DNA of 64,000 bases from Lingula anatina (Eukaryota; Animalia; Brachiopoda): contig CM120646.1 in assembly GCA_051362555.1 (NCBI GenBank), positions 12,772,001-12,836,000 of the forward strand. The letters are read 5' to 3'. This document shows, in pieces, positions 63,881-64,000 of the stretch. A model generated the notes under the pieces. It saw nothing but the letters and a program-made list of their open reading frames with translations. It was not told the DNA's origin and did not search any database. Position 1 is the first letter of the stretch, and the number at the start of each line of letters is the position of its first letter. A program made the translations under genes and the position numbers.

Positions 63881-64000
63881 CTGTAAATGAAAAAAAAAAT
63901 TATTATATTGATTAATTTATTTAAAAACAATATTATTTGGTTCCTAAATTTGCATTTTGTTGGTATAATGCCTTAATTCCTACATTAGTTTTGGCTTTTT

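Noticed and set aside
1-64000. tRNA, rRNA, snoRNA or miRNA genes
   Set aside because: None recognised by eye and the long hairpins are explained by MITEs. A covariance-model search would be needed to exclude them.

Overview
AT-rich, intron-rich animal DNA. It is probably a lophotrochozoan invertebrate such as a mollusc, inferred from gene structure, CpG depletion and repeat types. Most of the window (+ strand) is one Ets1/2 (pointed-type) transcription factor gene. Eight coding exons join in frame through canonical AG/GT sites: 8648-8789, 38551-38670, 42244-42447, 42820-42903, 44058-44186, 48007-48210, 48916-49194 and 51286-51629. They give about 501 aa with the ERK site PLTP, a PNT/SAM domain, a poly-Q exon and the ETS domain, plus a ~30 kb intron and a probable ~4 kb 3' UTR. 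The start exon is uncertain. Four 3' coding exons of a convergent PRA1/RABAC1 gene lie on the - strand at 61287-63880. Non-coding DNA holds many non-autonomous DNA transposons (PIF/Harbinger-, Kolobok-, Tc1/mariner-, hAT- and Helentron/HINE-like), tandem duplications and microsatellites. The most interesting signal is a CpG-rich intronic module at ~47500-48000 with a perfect CArG box, a TATA-like element, a c-fos-type Ets site and an ATG-free leader. It looks like an internal promoter for a PNT-less, PntP1-like isoform. All calls were made by eye, with no database searches.
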